A program made the translations under genes and the position numbers. The notes beneath the pieces are model-generated. The model made no database searches. It saw only the letters and a list, made by a program, of their open reading frames with translations, and was not told the DNA's origin. Source: a virus (taxonomy: Duplodnaviria > Caudoviricetes). Taken from it: a stretch of DNA of 53,638 nucleotides. Positions 43,801-53,637 of this stretch are shown here, piece after piece. Position 1 is the first letter of the stretch. Each line of letters starts with the position of its first letter. The stretch spans positions 1 to 53,638 of the IMG/VR virus record IMGVR_UViG_3300023174_000219, one strand, 5' to 3'.

Positions 43801-44183
43801 GGAATATCTGAAGCCATAAAGCTTCTTGAAACAGATATTTCATTTCTTGGTGTCCAAATGCCATCTTTTCCATAAAGAACGGCATTTAATTTTCTTGGAC
43901 TTGATACTGTTATGCCATCATTTGGACCATATGGATTTGATGCTCCGCCATATGTATGAATAGCTGGTCCAGTTGTAAATACAACACCAGTTGAAGTTTT
44001 AGTATGTACTCTTACCCAGGTTCCATTTCCTTTTCTATAATAAAAGGCAGAATGTCTTCTCCACTCCTTGGATGAATCTGTAAAATTTGAGGCAGCTAAA
44101 TTTGGGTATGACGCTGGATCTGTTTTTCTATAAACATTTTTTATTTTTTTCCATGATGTACCAGTATATCTATATAGAGCCAT
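40824..44183 (-). CDS. tail fibre/receptor-binding protein with multiple FN3, a PKD and a Listeria-Bacteroides-type repeat
   Basis: APTSLTAT...YYRVRARN, YYFWVSASN; INFGDGS...HTYSSAGTYT; PTPTRSGYTFLGWY. Confidence 0.85.
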   Translation of the reverse strand: MALYRYTGTSWKKIKNVYRKTDPASYPNLAASNFTDSSKEWRRHSAFYYRKGNGTWVRVHTKTSTGVVFTTGPAIHTYGGASNPYGPNDGITVSSPRKLNAVLYGKDGIWTPRNEISVSRSFMASDIPDGSVRFTIDSNDIFDLSTASSTIKSQADESYLYYKISVTNYGDTVTASAGPIFLIKDYPIFTSFTTGTTDPTVGNTLTAVYNLENYYYNSIERSNSVIEWWRSTTTDPQGTLIKSTLVSNTNITTNNSTSLQGTDTYTLTNADAGYYVVAKIKVVNSWTRYYNDTNYYASDPTTGTVTAPISISNVRVEDTRDNSAVDNYFGLPTATSLRFRSTISGVNSSTTYRVRYRYYNWQTSAITSWTTYTANSTGVGSISSVSISNGTATISDSFAIDSGTYNGSTYTDAYVTNAARWGIEMEVAAIRNGITTTNNLIYDIHAASNPTLTSNVTGGSPPLTVTFSGSISGYPSGYKAYPKSYTINFGDGSTPYTGTFSYNTPNPTFSGISHTYSSAGTYTASITTTPYYTTTYANPIITLGAPTSLTATSNRKDGVYLQWTNTGANYYEIYWQSSSGTGPINQSTFADFGSDNSITTNSYLDTTIAEGATRYYRVRARNEITSSGSNASDWYPGPSLSGISGTRLVSKPSTPTWVSSSSNSTAYISLSWNAATDAATYQLYFNSNNTAPTNGQTYADYKDLTSTSFTTPYAFAYNTTFYWWVRGVSSGGTLGDWSLVRSVTTPRQTYTVYWNGNSGTVSIPSSTTDSSGYVTTPTPTRSGYTFLGWYNTTAGDYTYGPIPANYYWLVPENNLTMSARWSLTLPGIPTSLSATTTRTDGVNLTFSGSTNATSYDLFWNTSISAYPAPTATPDFSGVSSPYLDTTISSGGTRYYWVRGKNSGGVSDWYPYQTNGITGTRVAPISNATAPTSVSASGGNGSATVSWSGATNAVKYRIWWSTSSTGNGVDPASSYDAETTSSPYTFSGLSNGTTYYFWVSASNTNNVWTAYSSSPRGSATPSAPSVPAPVLSSISGNNSLSLGGTFSWSYTNSPTGYSIFCQGPTGTVFTTNNAYTYTGTSFRPGYDGTGWQGAGNYTIYVSATNSGGSSVVSSQTTFMN

Positions 44184-44184
44184 A

Positions 44185-46977
44185 TTAGTCCACCGTCATC
44201 CATATATCTCCACTTGAAAAAGGCATATAAACAAAAGTTGATGGGTTCGATGGGTTTCTGACATATCTTCCAGTATTTGAGCTACTTGGAATATCTGTAC
44301 TTCCATAATGAAATGCTCTACCTCTTGTTAATTGATTATTATAATTTAATACTGCTGTTGGGTCTCCGCCATAATTATTATCATCACCACTTACCGCTAC
44401 TGATGTTCCAGTAAATCTAAATGAAGCTCCATTTACGCTAACGTCTCCGCTTCCACTCCATGTCATTACTCCGTTGCCAAGTCTAAATGTTCCGTCTGAT
44501 TTCAAATAATCTGTTCCCGCTGTAAACTCAAATGACGAGGCCACAATTCTAGTACCAGTAATTAGTCCGCCAGATATTTTACCATTCTCTCCGTCTAAGA
44601 TAATTTTTCCATACCCAGATCCTTGCCCAGTTGATTCTAAAGTTGCAGATGAAATAGTCCAACCTTTAGATAGTACGCCATCTGTATATGTTCCAAATCC
44701 TCCGCTTGATGCATCTATCTTTCCTAAAATTGTTGCTCCAGTTGCAGTCAGAGCACCAGCGCTACTTACAGTAAATTGACCGCTTGTTCCAGCTGTAATT
44801 GAACCATCAGAATTTAACGATGTATAATTTTTTGATATTGTTGTTGTGTTAACAGTCCATCCACCAATTGTTCCTTTGTTAACTAAAATACCATTTATTG
44901 TATCTAATTGAAAATATTTACTAGCTCCGTTTGTTCCCTGGATTCCAATATCATTCATCCAGTTTCCATCAATGTCTTTTAATCTTCCTATTTCAAACTT
45001 ATTTGAACCAGCATAAAGGGCCAGTTGGCCATTTACTGTTGAACTACCAATACTAACTGTTCCAGTAAATGTTCCTGCTGTAGCATTAACTGTTCCAGTT
45101 ATTGTTGCATCTGTAGCTTTAAATGTTCCGCTTGTATTTACTGCAAATGGTGACCCAGCATATGTTCCATTTCCGCCAACTGTAAGTTCTCCGCCAACTA
45201 TTTTAATGTCTCTTGCTGTTAATTGACCTAATTGATCTACTGTAAATTTTGCAGTTGAGTCTCCACCTGCAGTTGTACTTCCAGCCCAAAAAGCATAAGT
45301 TCCAGCTGGTGATAGTCCAGCATACTTTGTTATGCTACCAGGTATTAAAGTGTTTTCAATTTTATTTGTATAGATATTCCAATTAGCAATTTTAGCATTT
45401 GTAGTAATAAATGTTGGCATGCCATTACCAGCATTACCTAAAATTTGAGTAGACGGTCCAGTGCCAACTGTTGCTGATGCATCATAAAGATACATTCCAG
45501 TTTCATTTAAAAGTAATCTTGCACCAGATGTAAGGGTATCTCCAGCAAGGATTGAACCGCCTGTTTGGATCTCTACTGGATTGTCAATAACAGAAAGCAT
45601 TCCAGCATCTATTGGTGTTACTGGATACCCAGTAGAAGCATTTGAAGCCCCTCCAAAATTACTGAAATATTTAATCTTTACATAAACTTGTGAATACACT
45701 GTATTGATAACAATTGCTGGACTTGTACCAGAATAAACTAAATTTGTTGAATCGCTTGGCGTAAACCCAGAAGTAGAACCCTCATAAACTTTTGCATAGT
45801 CTGCACCAGATGGCAATGTCCATGTTACTGTATATCCATTAGATATAGCAGTAACTGATGCTGTCGGAGTTACATTGGAAAGAGGGTTAGATCTTTGTGG
45901 AACGCTAAATGCAACGCCATTAGATTTATTTTCATATTCATCTACACTTGATAAAATTCCAGTATATGAAGTATAATATTCTCCAAAAGCTCCGTATAGG
46001 TCTGCGGCCAGTATCTTTGTAGATACTGGATTTTCTGTAGAATTTATGTACTTATCAAAAAATACTGTTTGCCCAGAGCTTGTTAAGAAAATTCTAAATC
46101 TTTTTCCAGCATCAGAATTAGGAAGATAAAAAGAAATATTTATATCGTTCCCAGACCATGAAGCAGATACATTTGTTACTTCTTGTGGCGGAGTTATATC
46201 TGTCACAATTGGATCATAAGCTGCAACGGTTCGTACATTTGATTCTTCAGATGCACAACCAGATTCAGAAAGATGTTTTATTTTAACATAAACAGTTGCT
46301 AGTGTAGTTACTTTAATTGTAGCTGGCCCCACACCAGAATACTCTTTTGTAAACGGTCCTGTTGCAGATTCTGATATGTATACTTCTGTATATTTATATG
46401 TTGGAAATATAATTGGATTTGCTTTCCATGCAACAGTAAATCCATTTGCAACTGGTGTTAATGTCCAATCTAAATCAGAAATAGTAGCAGAGCATAATGA
46501 ATCTGAATATGCTGGTATTGTAAATGCCGATCCAGAAGTTGTATTATCTATATAAGTTGTTTTAAGTACACCAGTTAAGGATCCCCTAAAAATACCGTTA
46601 AAGTTTGCTATGTTATTTTCTTTTGTTAATATAAACGTTTGTTGTGTTTGAGACTTATCAATTGCGCTTGACCATGACATGGTTGTATTATCTGCAGTTA
46701 AATATATCTGAAAAGATGTTGCCAATGGCGGAGCATCCCAAGTTACTTTTAAATTAGACCCTACCCATGTTGCTACGATATTGGTAGCCTCTGGTCTTGC
46801 AACATCAGGGGTATTTAATAGTTTAGATACTGACCATTCGCCAACTGTTTTATCAGCAAATTGCCATCTAAATTGAATAGGATATGCGGTATTTGGATCA
46901 AGATCTGGAATGACTACATCAAACGTATCGCTGCCTGCAGCGCCTACGCTATAATCGTCTAGATCTTCATATGCCAT
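44185..46977 (-). CDS. minor tail protein (FN3-like N half, Gly-rich beta-repeat C half)
   Basis: FAVNTSGTFKATDATITGTVNATAGTFTG, GTIGGWTV repeats. Confidence 0.85.
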   Translation of the reverse strand: MAYEDLDDYSVGAAGSDTFDVVIPDLDPNTAYPIQFRWQFADKTVGEWSVSKLLNTPDVARPEATNIVATWVGSNLKVTWDAPPLATSFQIYLTADNTTMSWSSAIDKSQTQQTFILTKENNIANFNGIFRGSLTGVLKTTYIDNTTSGSAFTIPAYSDSLCSATISDLDWTLTPVANGFTVAWKANPIIFPTYKYTEVYISESATGPFTKEYSGVGPATIKVTTLATVYVKIKHLSESGCASEESNVRTVAAYDPIVTDITPPQEVTNVSASWSGNDINISFYLPNSDAGKRFRIFLTSSGQTVFFDKYINSTENPVSTKILAADLYGAFGEYYTSYTGILSSVDEYENKSNGVAFSVPQRSNPLSNVTPTASVTAISNGYTVTWTLPSGADYAKVYEGSTSGFTPSDSTNLVYSGTSPAIVINTVYSQVYVKIKYFSNFGGASNASTGYPVTPIDAGMLSVIDNPVEIQTGGSILAGDTLTSGARLLLNETGMYLYDASATVGTGPSTQILGNAGNGMPTFITTNAKIANWNIYTNKIENTLIPGSITKYAGLSPAGTYAFWAGSTTAGGDSTAKFTVDQLGQLTARDIKIVGGELTVGGNGTYAGSPFAVNTSGTFKATDATITGTVNATAGTFTGTVSIGSSTVNGQLALYAGSNKFEIGRLKDIDGNWMNDIGIQGTNGASKYFQLDTINGILVNKGTIGGWTVNTTTISKNYTSLNSDGSITAGTSGQFTVSSAGALTATGATILGKIDASSGGFGTYTDGVLSKGWTISSATLESTGQGSGYGKIILDGENGKISGGLITGTRIVASSFEFTAGTDYLKSDGTFRLGNGVMTWSGSGDVSVNGASFRFTGTSVAVSGDDNNYGGDPTAVLNYNNQLTRGRAFHYGSTDIPSSSNTGRYVRNPSNPSTFVYMPFSSGDIWMTVD

Positions 46978-46978
46978 A

Positions 46979-47902
46979 TTAGAATCCTAGGTCCAATCTG
47001 TATTCTACATCTACCTGTCTTCCAGCCAATTTTACTAAAGGTGTTGACAAAACTGATCTACTAATTAGACCAAAGTCTGGGCTAAACGTATCTTCATCAT
47101 TCACTCTTAATGCATCTAAACCAACTGAAGTTGATTGTCCTGTAGTAGGAGTAATAACTATTCCAATTTGATTAATATTAGAAGCATCAACATTTGATGT
47201 GCTAGCATTTGAAAATAAGTTATCTAAAGTTATATCATCAGATATTTTATATCCAGTTCCAGATGCTGGTATAATTGTAACTGAATAATAGTCTAATGCT
47301 GAACTATAGAACTTAATAGTAATGCTTGCCAAATTTGCATCATTTTTAATGTAGGCAAGTCTAAGTGTATCATTTATGCTATAGCCAGACAAGTCTATCG
47401 ATTGCACAGAGTTTTTATATTCTTTTGCGGATGTGCCATTTGATGACATATTTAAAAGGTATTGTCCTACACGTACACCGTTGGAAGTAATTAGTGGAGT
47501 ATTTGTCCAGTCTAATTGATTATCAAAATCTCCTAAGAATTTACTATCATATGAGCTTATTGATTGTTTAAATTCTGGATAAATTCCAACCTCTGTAATA
47601 TATCCAGCCACATCTTGTGGAATTGTAGCCTTATATACTACGGCATAAGTTGTTATATCATTTGATGTCTGTATATCTGTGCTTCCAAAAGATACTGGAA
47701 CTCTATAAAATTCAAAACCAAGTCTTGTATCTGTATCTGCCGCCGCTGTTGAATCAATACCAAATGCCATAGACTTTGAGCTAAAAGAGTCTCTGCCAGC
47801 CAAAAAGCTAGTTAAAAAACGCTTGCCATATTTAGTTATGACGTTTGAAGAACGGTATATCTCTTTACCGTTTTCGTAATATATATATGTTCCTTTTAGC
47901 AT
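46979..47902 (-). CDS. minor tail/baseplate protein
   Basis: NVITKYGK...L...E...ITEVGIY pattern; position in tail module. Confidence 0.75.
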   Translation of the reverse strand: MLKGTYIYYENGKEIYRSSNVITKYGKRFLTSFLAGRDSFSSKSMAFGIDSTAAADTDTRLGFEFYRVPVSFGSTDIQTSNDITTYAVVYKATIPQDVAGYITEVGIYPEFKQSISSYDSKFLGDFDNQLDWTNTPLITSNGVRVGQYLLNMSSNGTSAKEYKNSVQSIDLSGYSINDTLRLAYIKNDANLASITIKFYSSALDYYSVTIIPASGTGYKISDDITLDNLFSNASTSNVDASNINQIGIVITPTTGQSTSVGLDALRVNDEDTFSPDFGLISRSVLSTPLVKLAGRQVDVEYRLDLGF

Positions 47903-47910
47903 GCTTCTCC

Positions 47911-48672
47911 TTAAATTGGTACTGAATACCCTGAATAATATATTTTACCATCTGTAGCAACAACTACTGTTCTTACACGCAACCATCTTTCTGAGGCTGT
48001 TGCTGGCGTGTCGCCCTGTGCTGAGCTAATACGATAATCTTTATAAACCCCGCTATCGCCAACCTGTAGGTTTCCATCTGAAGTATAAGTCTTTGCTCCA
48101 GAACTGATTTTTGTGCTTGTTATGCTTGATGAAGATCTAATTTCCCACTCATATGATACGGACTGATAGGATCCGAGTCCAGTTACGTTATCCCATCCCC
48201 ACGCAATTGCTGTCCCAGTTCTATCAAACTTTACACTCGGTATAGCTGGTGAAGGCATAATAAATCCAGAAGGTGTTGCGGTAGCAGTTGCTGAAGCCTG
48301 ACCCTTTGGCTCATTTCTAGCATCTACTCCAACTACGTTGGGTTTATTTTTACTTGAATTTCTAATTTTAATTATTGCTTTAATTCTTATTGAATTAAAT
48401 GTATCATAATACTGTTGATAAGTTATATTTTCAATATCGGTTAATTGTGGAATGTCCGTAACTGGTCCTGGAAGATTGGGATCTTCAGGTGTTGTTCCGC
48501 CTCCTGAACCACCCAAATAAAACGGTGTGGCTAATTGTGAAGATGAACCCTCTTCAATATCAAGACCCACTGTTTTTCTAACAAATACACGGTCAGGAGA
48601 ATTTTTTGGCAAGACAATTGGAGGGCCTACAACAATTGATTTGCCGTCAATTCTATTTTCGTCTATTGTCAT
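47911..48672 (-). CDS. virion-associated protein
   Basis: 253 aa, FN3-like C-terminus; leaderless promoter 48679-48687. Confidence 0.7.
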   Translation of the reverse strand: MTIDENRIDGKSIVVGPPIVLPKNSPDRVFVRKTVGLDIEEGSSSQLATPFYLGGSGGGTTPEDPNLPGPVTDIPQLTDIENITYQQYYDTFNSIRIKAIIKIRNSSKNKPNVVGVDARNEPKGQASATATATPSGFIMPSPAIPSVKFDRTGTAIAWGWDNVTGLGSYQSVSYEWEIRSSSSITSTKISSGAKTYTSDGNLQVGDSGVYKDYRISSAQGDTPATASERWLRVRTVVVATDGKIYYSGYSVPI

Positions 48673-48696
48673 TTTATTATTATATCATTTAGTCGA

Positions 48697-50409
48697 CTAC
48701 AAGGATCGACATGTGATCTCCGTATCTAAGCCTTGATTAAAACTATGTCTTACATTTGTAACAATAAATTTTTGAGTTCCGTCTAAGCCCTGATATGAAT
48801 ACTTAACAGAAACAATGTCTCCTACTGCAATAAATGGGTTTCCAAATACTGAAAGATTAATTAATTTTCCTTTATTAACAATATTATTTTTAATCCATTT
48901 TCCAAGAGCCTCAACGTCAGATAAGTTTTGCAACCAGGATGACTCAAAGACTACTGGCTCCTGATTTATATATTCTGAAAGAATATCTGTTTTATATTCA
49001 AGAGTTCCAGATGGTGCAATTGTATCTCCATACAGATAAAAAGTTGCTGACTGTTCATCATTTAATGGTGTTAGGGCTGCGCTATTATTTAATACATAGG
49101 CCTCGCCTCCAAAATTACTTAACTTAGATCCTAGTACCTTTACTGATGTATTTACACCCGTTGAGAATTTAATCGGATATGCTGGTGCACTATTATATCT
49201 TAATGATACTTTTCTAATTTCTCTTACAGATGTTCCAAACTCATCCAATGCACTTGGCTTTGCTTGGTTATCCTGTTCTGAAGAATTATTATAGACAATA
49301 TCTCCAAATCCTAAATTTAAATAATCATTAGAGAATGTACCCTGATACATATTTTTTACAAACTCTGAATCATTGTATGCTTTTTCAAGTATGTCTGTAC
49401 CATATACGTAATCAAACATGGCCTCGCCATATTTACAAACAACGGCTATGGTTTTTGTAGGTTTAATGATTTGATTAAGTACATCTTTCCCATTATCGTC
49501 TTCTATTAATCCGCTACTATCTGTTGCAGTAATTAAAAATCCATTTATATAAGCATTTATTTTAATACTTGTTAGATTTATTTGAACCTTTATATCAATA
49601 TCATATGATCTTCCGCCATAAACTCCGTTAAGGGTTGTAACAGTGCTTTTTTGTGTATCATTTAAAACACGAATATCCCCTCCCTTTACCTTACATATTC
49701 TAACTTCTTTTTTATTTATAGCGCCTGCTGTTTCTGTGCTATCAATTAAAATATAATATCCGTCGTTTCCTTGGCCGTCTACAAAGAATCCGAAGCCAGC
49801 TGATTGTCTAGTCCTATCAATAATTGAATCTAAAAATAGCTTGGTGCCAAAGGCATAGTATTTTGTTGAATATGAATTTAAATTTTCTTGAATATATGAT
49901 GGCAACCCATAGGATGAAGATGTAACGGCTGGAAGTGTAATTGCATCAAATGTTCTATAGGCTACCGAATATTCTTTTGGGCTTGTTGAGCTATTTGCCA
50001 TTCTTAAAAATGATTTAGCCGCAGCCGCTTTTGTTGGATCTATAAAAACACCAGCATATCCAGCCACATTATATTCTATTGGTGTTGTAAATGTTCTATA
50101 AACAGAGTTACCAAATCTTGTTCCGTCCCAGGCTTTTACTGAAATTCCATAGGATTGATTTGAAGTAAGCCCGTCTATGGTAAATGGATTAGTTGTTTTT
50201 GTAACAGTCTGGGATGTTCCATTTATCATAACTCCAGAAGAATCTATTTTATAATAAGTTACAGAATAATTTACTGGTTCCGTTGTCATATTAACCTTTG
50301 AAATTTTTACAGAAATGGATGTTGTTGATTCAAAGGTAACCTCTGGGATACTGCTAATGTTTGTTGTGGCAGCACTTACATACGGATCATTTTTATAATA
50401 TGCAGCCAT
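48697..50409 (-). CDS. tail tip protein, C-terminal hub-like part
   Basis: TAATG coupling at 50409; FN3 domain; ends GNPFIAVGDIVSV...VTNVRHSF. Confidence 0.8.
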   Translation of the reverse strand: MAAYYKNDPYVSAATTNISSIPEVTFESTTSISVKISKVNMTTEPVNYSVTYYKIDSSGVMINGTSQTVTKTTNPFTIDGLTSNQSYGISVKAWDGTRFGNSVYRTFTTPIEYNVAGYAGVFIDPTKAAAAKSFLRMANSSTSPKEYSVAYRTFDAITLPAVTSSSYGLPSYIQENLNSYSTKYYAFGTKLFLDSIIDRTRQSAGFGFFVDGQGNDGYYILIDSTETAGAINKKEVRICKVKGGDIRVLNDTQKSTVTTLNGVYGGRSYDIDIKVQINLTSIKINAYINGFLITATDSSGLIEDDNGKDVLNQIIKPTKTIAVVCKYGEAMFDYVYGTDILEKAYNDSEFVKNMYQGTFSNDYLNLGFGDIVYNNSSEQDNQAKPSALDEFGTSVREIRKVSLRYNSAPAYPIKFSTGVNTSVKVLGSKLSNFGGEAYVLNNSAALTPLNDEQSATFYLYGDTIAPSGTLEYKTDILSEYINQEPVVFESSWLQNLSDVEALGKWIKNNIVNKGKLINLSVFGNPFIAVGDIVSVKYSYQGLDGTQKFIVTNVRHSFNQGLDTEITCRSL

Positions 50410-52652
50410 TATTCCCACGTAGCCTTTCTTTGTGACCAATTTGCTAAACCAGTAAGTGCTGATGCTGGATGATATGCTGGAGTTGTGCCAAAAGCTCCTC
50501 TAGTTTTTACACGATATAATCCTGTGGGCCTAAAGAAAGCATCCTTTGTTATAGTATCATATCCTGGTTTTGCAAGATATCTGTATTTATTTACATCTGA
50601 CGAAGATTCTATCCATACATTAATATACGAACTTCCGCCAATTGGCATATACTGATATTGAATAGCATCATATTCAATAATTTCAGAATCAATCATAACA
50701 TATCCAGCATAATTGTAAAGTGTAGAAGAAGGACTATACTGGTCCAATGTTTCTACATCTATTGCAAGAGTGGTATTCTGTGGAGAAGTATCTGCTGCAA
50801 TATCTGATCTTAGTCCGCCAGCACTTAAATAGGAAACCTCGTCTGTCCATAGGTCTCCAGAGTTTCCAGCATAGTTAGATGTCAGCTGGCTTTGCCATAA
50901 AATTTTAACTTGATTTGCTGATGGAATTTCTTGTTTCTCAAATGATATTATATTTGGAAGAGTAGTTCCATCTGCATCATATGTAAATGACCAGTCTATT
51001 CCAGCTTTTTGATAAATATAGTCACGGCTTGTAAACTGAAGAATATTGCTCTCATCAAAGAAAGCGTTCATCTGAATATCACGGCATAGCTCCTGTAAAG
51101 ATTGCCATACTGTCTTTGAACCATTTGTCCACCAATAATTAATTACTGGAATTGATTTGTCATCAGTAGCAATTCTTATTTCATAATTAGTAAATCCAAC
51201 AGAGTCAAGAAGTCTTCTAATAATACTAGTAACGGGATATGATTCACATAGCATATCTGGAGCAATTGTTTCCATCAAGTATTTTGCACCATCTAGAGCA
51301 TTTAAAGTAACCTCTCCCATTTCTCCTATCGACCATGAATCAATATAATATGATCCCTGCGGCACTTTATCATAAAGGCTACCAGATGATCCATATGTAC
51401 CAGCAGAATGGTACACAGAGAAATATGGCTTTAGTTCTGCATTTTTAACCATATATGTTTTTGTAATATCAAAATTTTGTGATCTATTATATGGTAAATA
51501 TTCTAATGCTGACTCATTATACTTTACAAGCTCAATGTTAATATTGTTTGCAGTTATTTTACCAACTGGCAAGATATCTTCTGAGCTTGCCGACGATTCT
51601 TTTTGAATATCAAACGATACTATGTCTGAAGAAATATCTTTAATCCATCTGGCTGAAACTTCTATAACTCCTATTACCTTACCCCCGCCTGGGTTTGATG
51701 CCTGTAGCCTTATTGATTTAATTAATTTAGGTGAAGAATATGATGATGGTTCTGTTGCTGACCAGGCGGTTCCGTTGTAGAAAAGCGTAATCTGTCCAGA
51801 AGAAGATACCGATGTGGGACCTACAGAATCGGTTGTTGAATCTGAATAAGTTATTGTCATAGTATAGGTACTTGGCAAAGCATGTGTTTTTTCAAATCTG
51901 GCCACTATTTTATTTGCAACTGCTGGTTTTGTTGCAGATGATAGTGTTGCTGTACCCGACTGTTCCCTTGCCCATGATCCTGTTGCAGAATTAGCAATTG
52001 TAAATGATGTAGGTGTTGGAGTAGAAGCAATTATTGCTGAAGAAAGATTAAAAGCAGATGTAGATAATCCAGTTATAGTCACAGTTTGTCCAGATGTAAA
52101 TCCATGATTATTTAAAGTATTATATGTGACAAGTGAGCCTGAGCTAGATGCTTCTTTGATTGTTGCCGATGTAACCGAATATGTAACCGTAAGATCGGCA
52201 TTTTGATTTATTGGTGTAACCCAATATTTATATGAAGTTGTCACGCCAGGGTAATAAAGTCTTGGATAAAGCGTAGATACCGCTGACTCATACCCATCTG
52301 TTTGTGGAGAAGTTGCTCTAGGATATGTCAAGGTGCGTGGTGAATAAAAACTATTTGTTGGAGTATCTGTCATTGCAGTTGTCCAAATTAAATATTTAAT
52401 TCCTGGGTATAGCGGTCTAAATGGCTTTATAATAGAATCAATTGGAAAAAGCTTTTTATAAGTATTTATTTTTCCATCTTCTGACTTAGCATAATACTGA
52501 TCCATTGAGGATGGATAGCTAACAACAATATTGTCAAGCATTGAGTTCATATTATATTCGATGGTGCAGCCTACATTAATCTTTACAGATGATTGCTGTT
52601 TAAATAAATTTTGAACTGTAGTATTATTTGATGATGGAACTGAGGTAATCAT
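50409..52652 (-). CDS. tail tip/hub protein, N-terminal part
   Basis: ALDGAKYL...TVWQSLQELCRDIQMNAFFDE.NILQF hub motif; RGAFGT. Confidence 0.8.
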   Translation of the reverse strand: MITSVPSSNNTTVQNLFKQQSSVKINVGCTIEYNMNSMLDNIVVSYPSSMDQYYAKSEDGKINTYKKLFPIDSIIKPFRPLYPGIKYLIWTTAMTDTPTNSFYSPRTLTYPRATSPQTDGYESAVSTLYPRLYYPGVTTSYKYWVTPINQNADLTVTYSVTSATIKEASSSGSLVTYNTLNNHGFTSGQTVTITGLSTSAFNLSSAIIASTPTPTSFTIANSATGSWAREQSGTATLSSATKPAVANKIVARFEKTHALPSTYTMTITYSDSTTDSVGPTSVSSSGQITLFYNGTAWSATEPSSYSSPKLIKSIRLQASNPGGGKVIGVIEVSARWIKDISSDIVSFDIQKESSASSEDILPVGKITANNINIELVKYNESALEYLPYNRSQNFDITKTYMVKNAELKPYFSVYHSAGTYGSSGSLYDKVPQGSYYIDSWSIGEMGEVTLNALDGAKYLMETIAPDMLCESYPVTSIIRRLLDSVGFTNYEIRIATDDKSIPVINYWWTNGSKTVWQSLQELCRDIQMNAFFDESNILQFTSRDYIYQKAGIDWSFTYDADGTTLPNIISFEKQEIPSANQVKILWQSQLTSNYAGNSGDLWTDEVSYLSAGGLRSDIAADTSPQNTTLAIDVETLDQYSPSSTLYNYAGYVMIDSEIIEYDAIQYQYMPIGGSSYINVWIESSSDVNKYRYLAKPGYDTITKDAFFRPTGLYRVKTRGAFGTTPAYHPASALTGLANWSQRKATWE

Positions 52653-53134
52653 TATACCTCTTCCATTGCGATAGATACATTCCAGAATTCTTGAGCTGGA
52701 TTGCCTACGACATCTTTAACATTTCGTTTTACTATCTCAAAACTGCATGAGGTAAAGGATACTGTAAATATCTCTTCTCTGTCTGCAAACGGTGATGTTT
52801 GATTCTTGCCATATACTACCTTGAGCTTAAAAACTCCCTGTCCTTTACTTCCTTCAAAATAGGTCTTTAGGTCTACTGCACCGTACCCGCCGTCTAATGT
52901 CATATTTGAAAATGACGGCAACATATTCCACGATGTGCTAAATTCTTTTTTATCTGCAATAAAGAACTTTCTAAGAGTTCCGTTGCTCATTCTAGTTACT
53001 TTTTGAATACGGTTTTGTCCAATTGATACTGGCTGTCTATTATGTTCTGTAAGCTTAACCCATGTTGGAGTATCTGTATCTGATGTGTCAACAAATAGGA
53101 GGGAGCCTACTGGTAAATATACTGTGTGTGCCAT
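52652..53134 (-). CDS. distal tail protein-like
   Basis: directly downstream of tape measure; RMSNGTLRK...SWNMLP. Confidence 0.7.
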   Translation of the reverse strand: MAHTVYLPVGSLLFVDTSDTDTPTWVKLTEHNRQPVSIGQNRIQKVTRMSNGTLRKFFIADKKEFSTSWNMLPSFSNMTLDGGYGAVDLKTYFEGSKGQGVFKLKVVYGKNQTSPFADREEIFTVSFTSCSFEIVKRNVKDVVGNPAQEFWNVSIAMEEV

Positions 53135-53637
53135 TATCTTGATCCTCCCATTACAATATTTTCTCCAATTTTTGCACCTTCTGCACGAGCCATATTCTTA
53201 AATTCTTTCCATAGCTCTCTACCATTTTTAGGTGCTTCCGCAAAATTAAGTGTAGCATTAATTGTAACATTTGATTGGCCAAATGCTGCTCCACCTGTTT
53301 CATACTTCATTCTTCCACCAGTAGAATATGCTGGAACATCAAATCGTGTTGCTAGTCCACCAGCAGCCATTCTATTAATTTTATCTAAGTTGCCGTATCC
53401 AAATGCTGACGCTGATCTTGCATTGACTACATACTCTCCATTTGAAAGGTATGCTGGAATAGAGTCTGACGTTCCAGTTCCTGGACCATATATTGTACCT
53501 CCGTCTGCCTTTTGTAAAATAGCTGGAAGGAAGTCGTTGGCGCCGCCACTATTACCCTTATATGTTTTTCCTTCATATGTAAAGTATTGTCCAGATCCTA
53601 GTTTAAATTTTTTCATAATTGCACTTCGACCTTGTGC
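53134..53637 (-). CDS. tape measure protein C-terminus (5'-truncated)
   Basis: Frame open to window edge; ADGG.I.GPGTGTSDSIPAYLSNGEYVVNA, MAAGG, YSTGG, YETGG repeats. Confidence 0.85.
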   Translation of the reverse strand, partial: AQGRSAIMKKFKLGSGQYFTYEGKTYKGNSGGANDFLPAILQKADGGTIYGPGTGTSDSIPAYLSNGEYVVNARSASAFGYGNLDKINRMAAGGLATRFDVPAYSTGGRMKYETGGAAFGQSNVTINATLNFAEAPKNGRELWKEFKNMARAEGAKIGENIVMGGSR

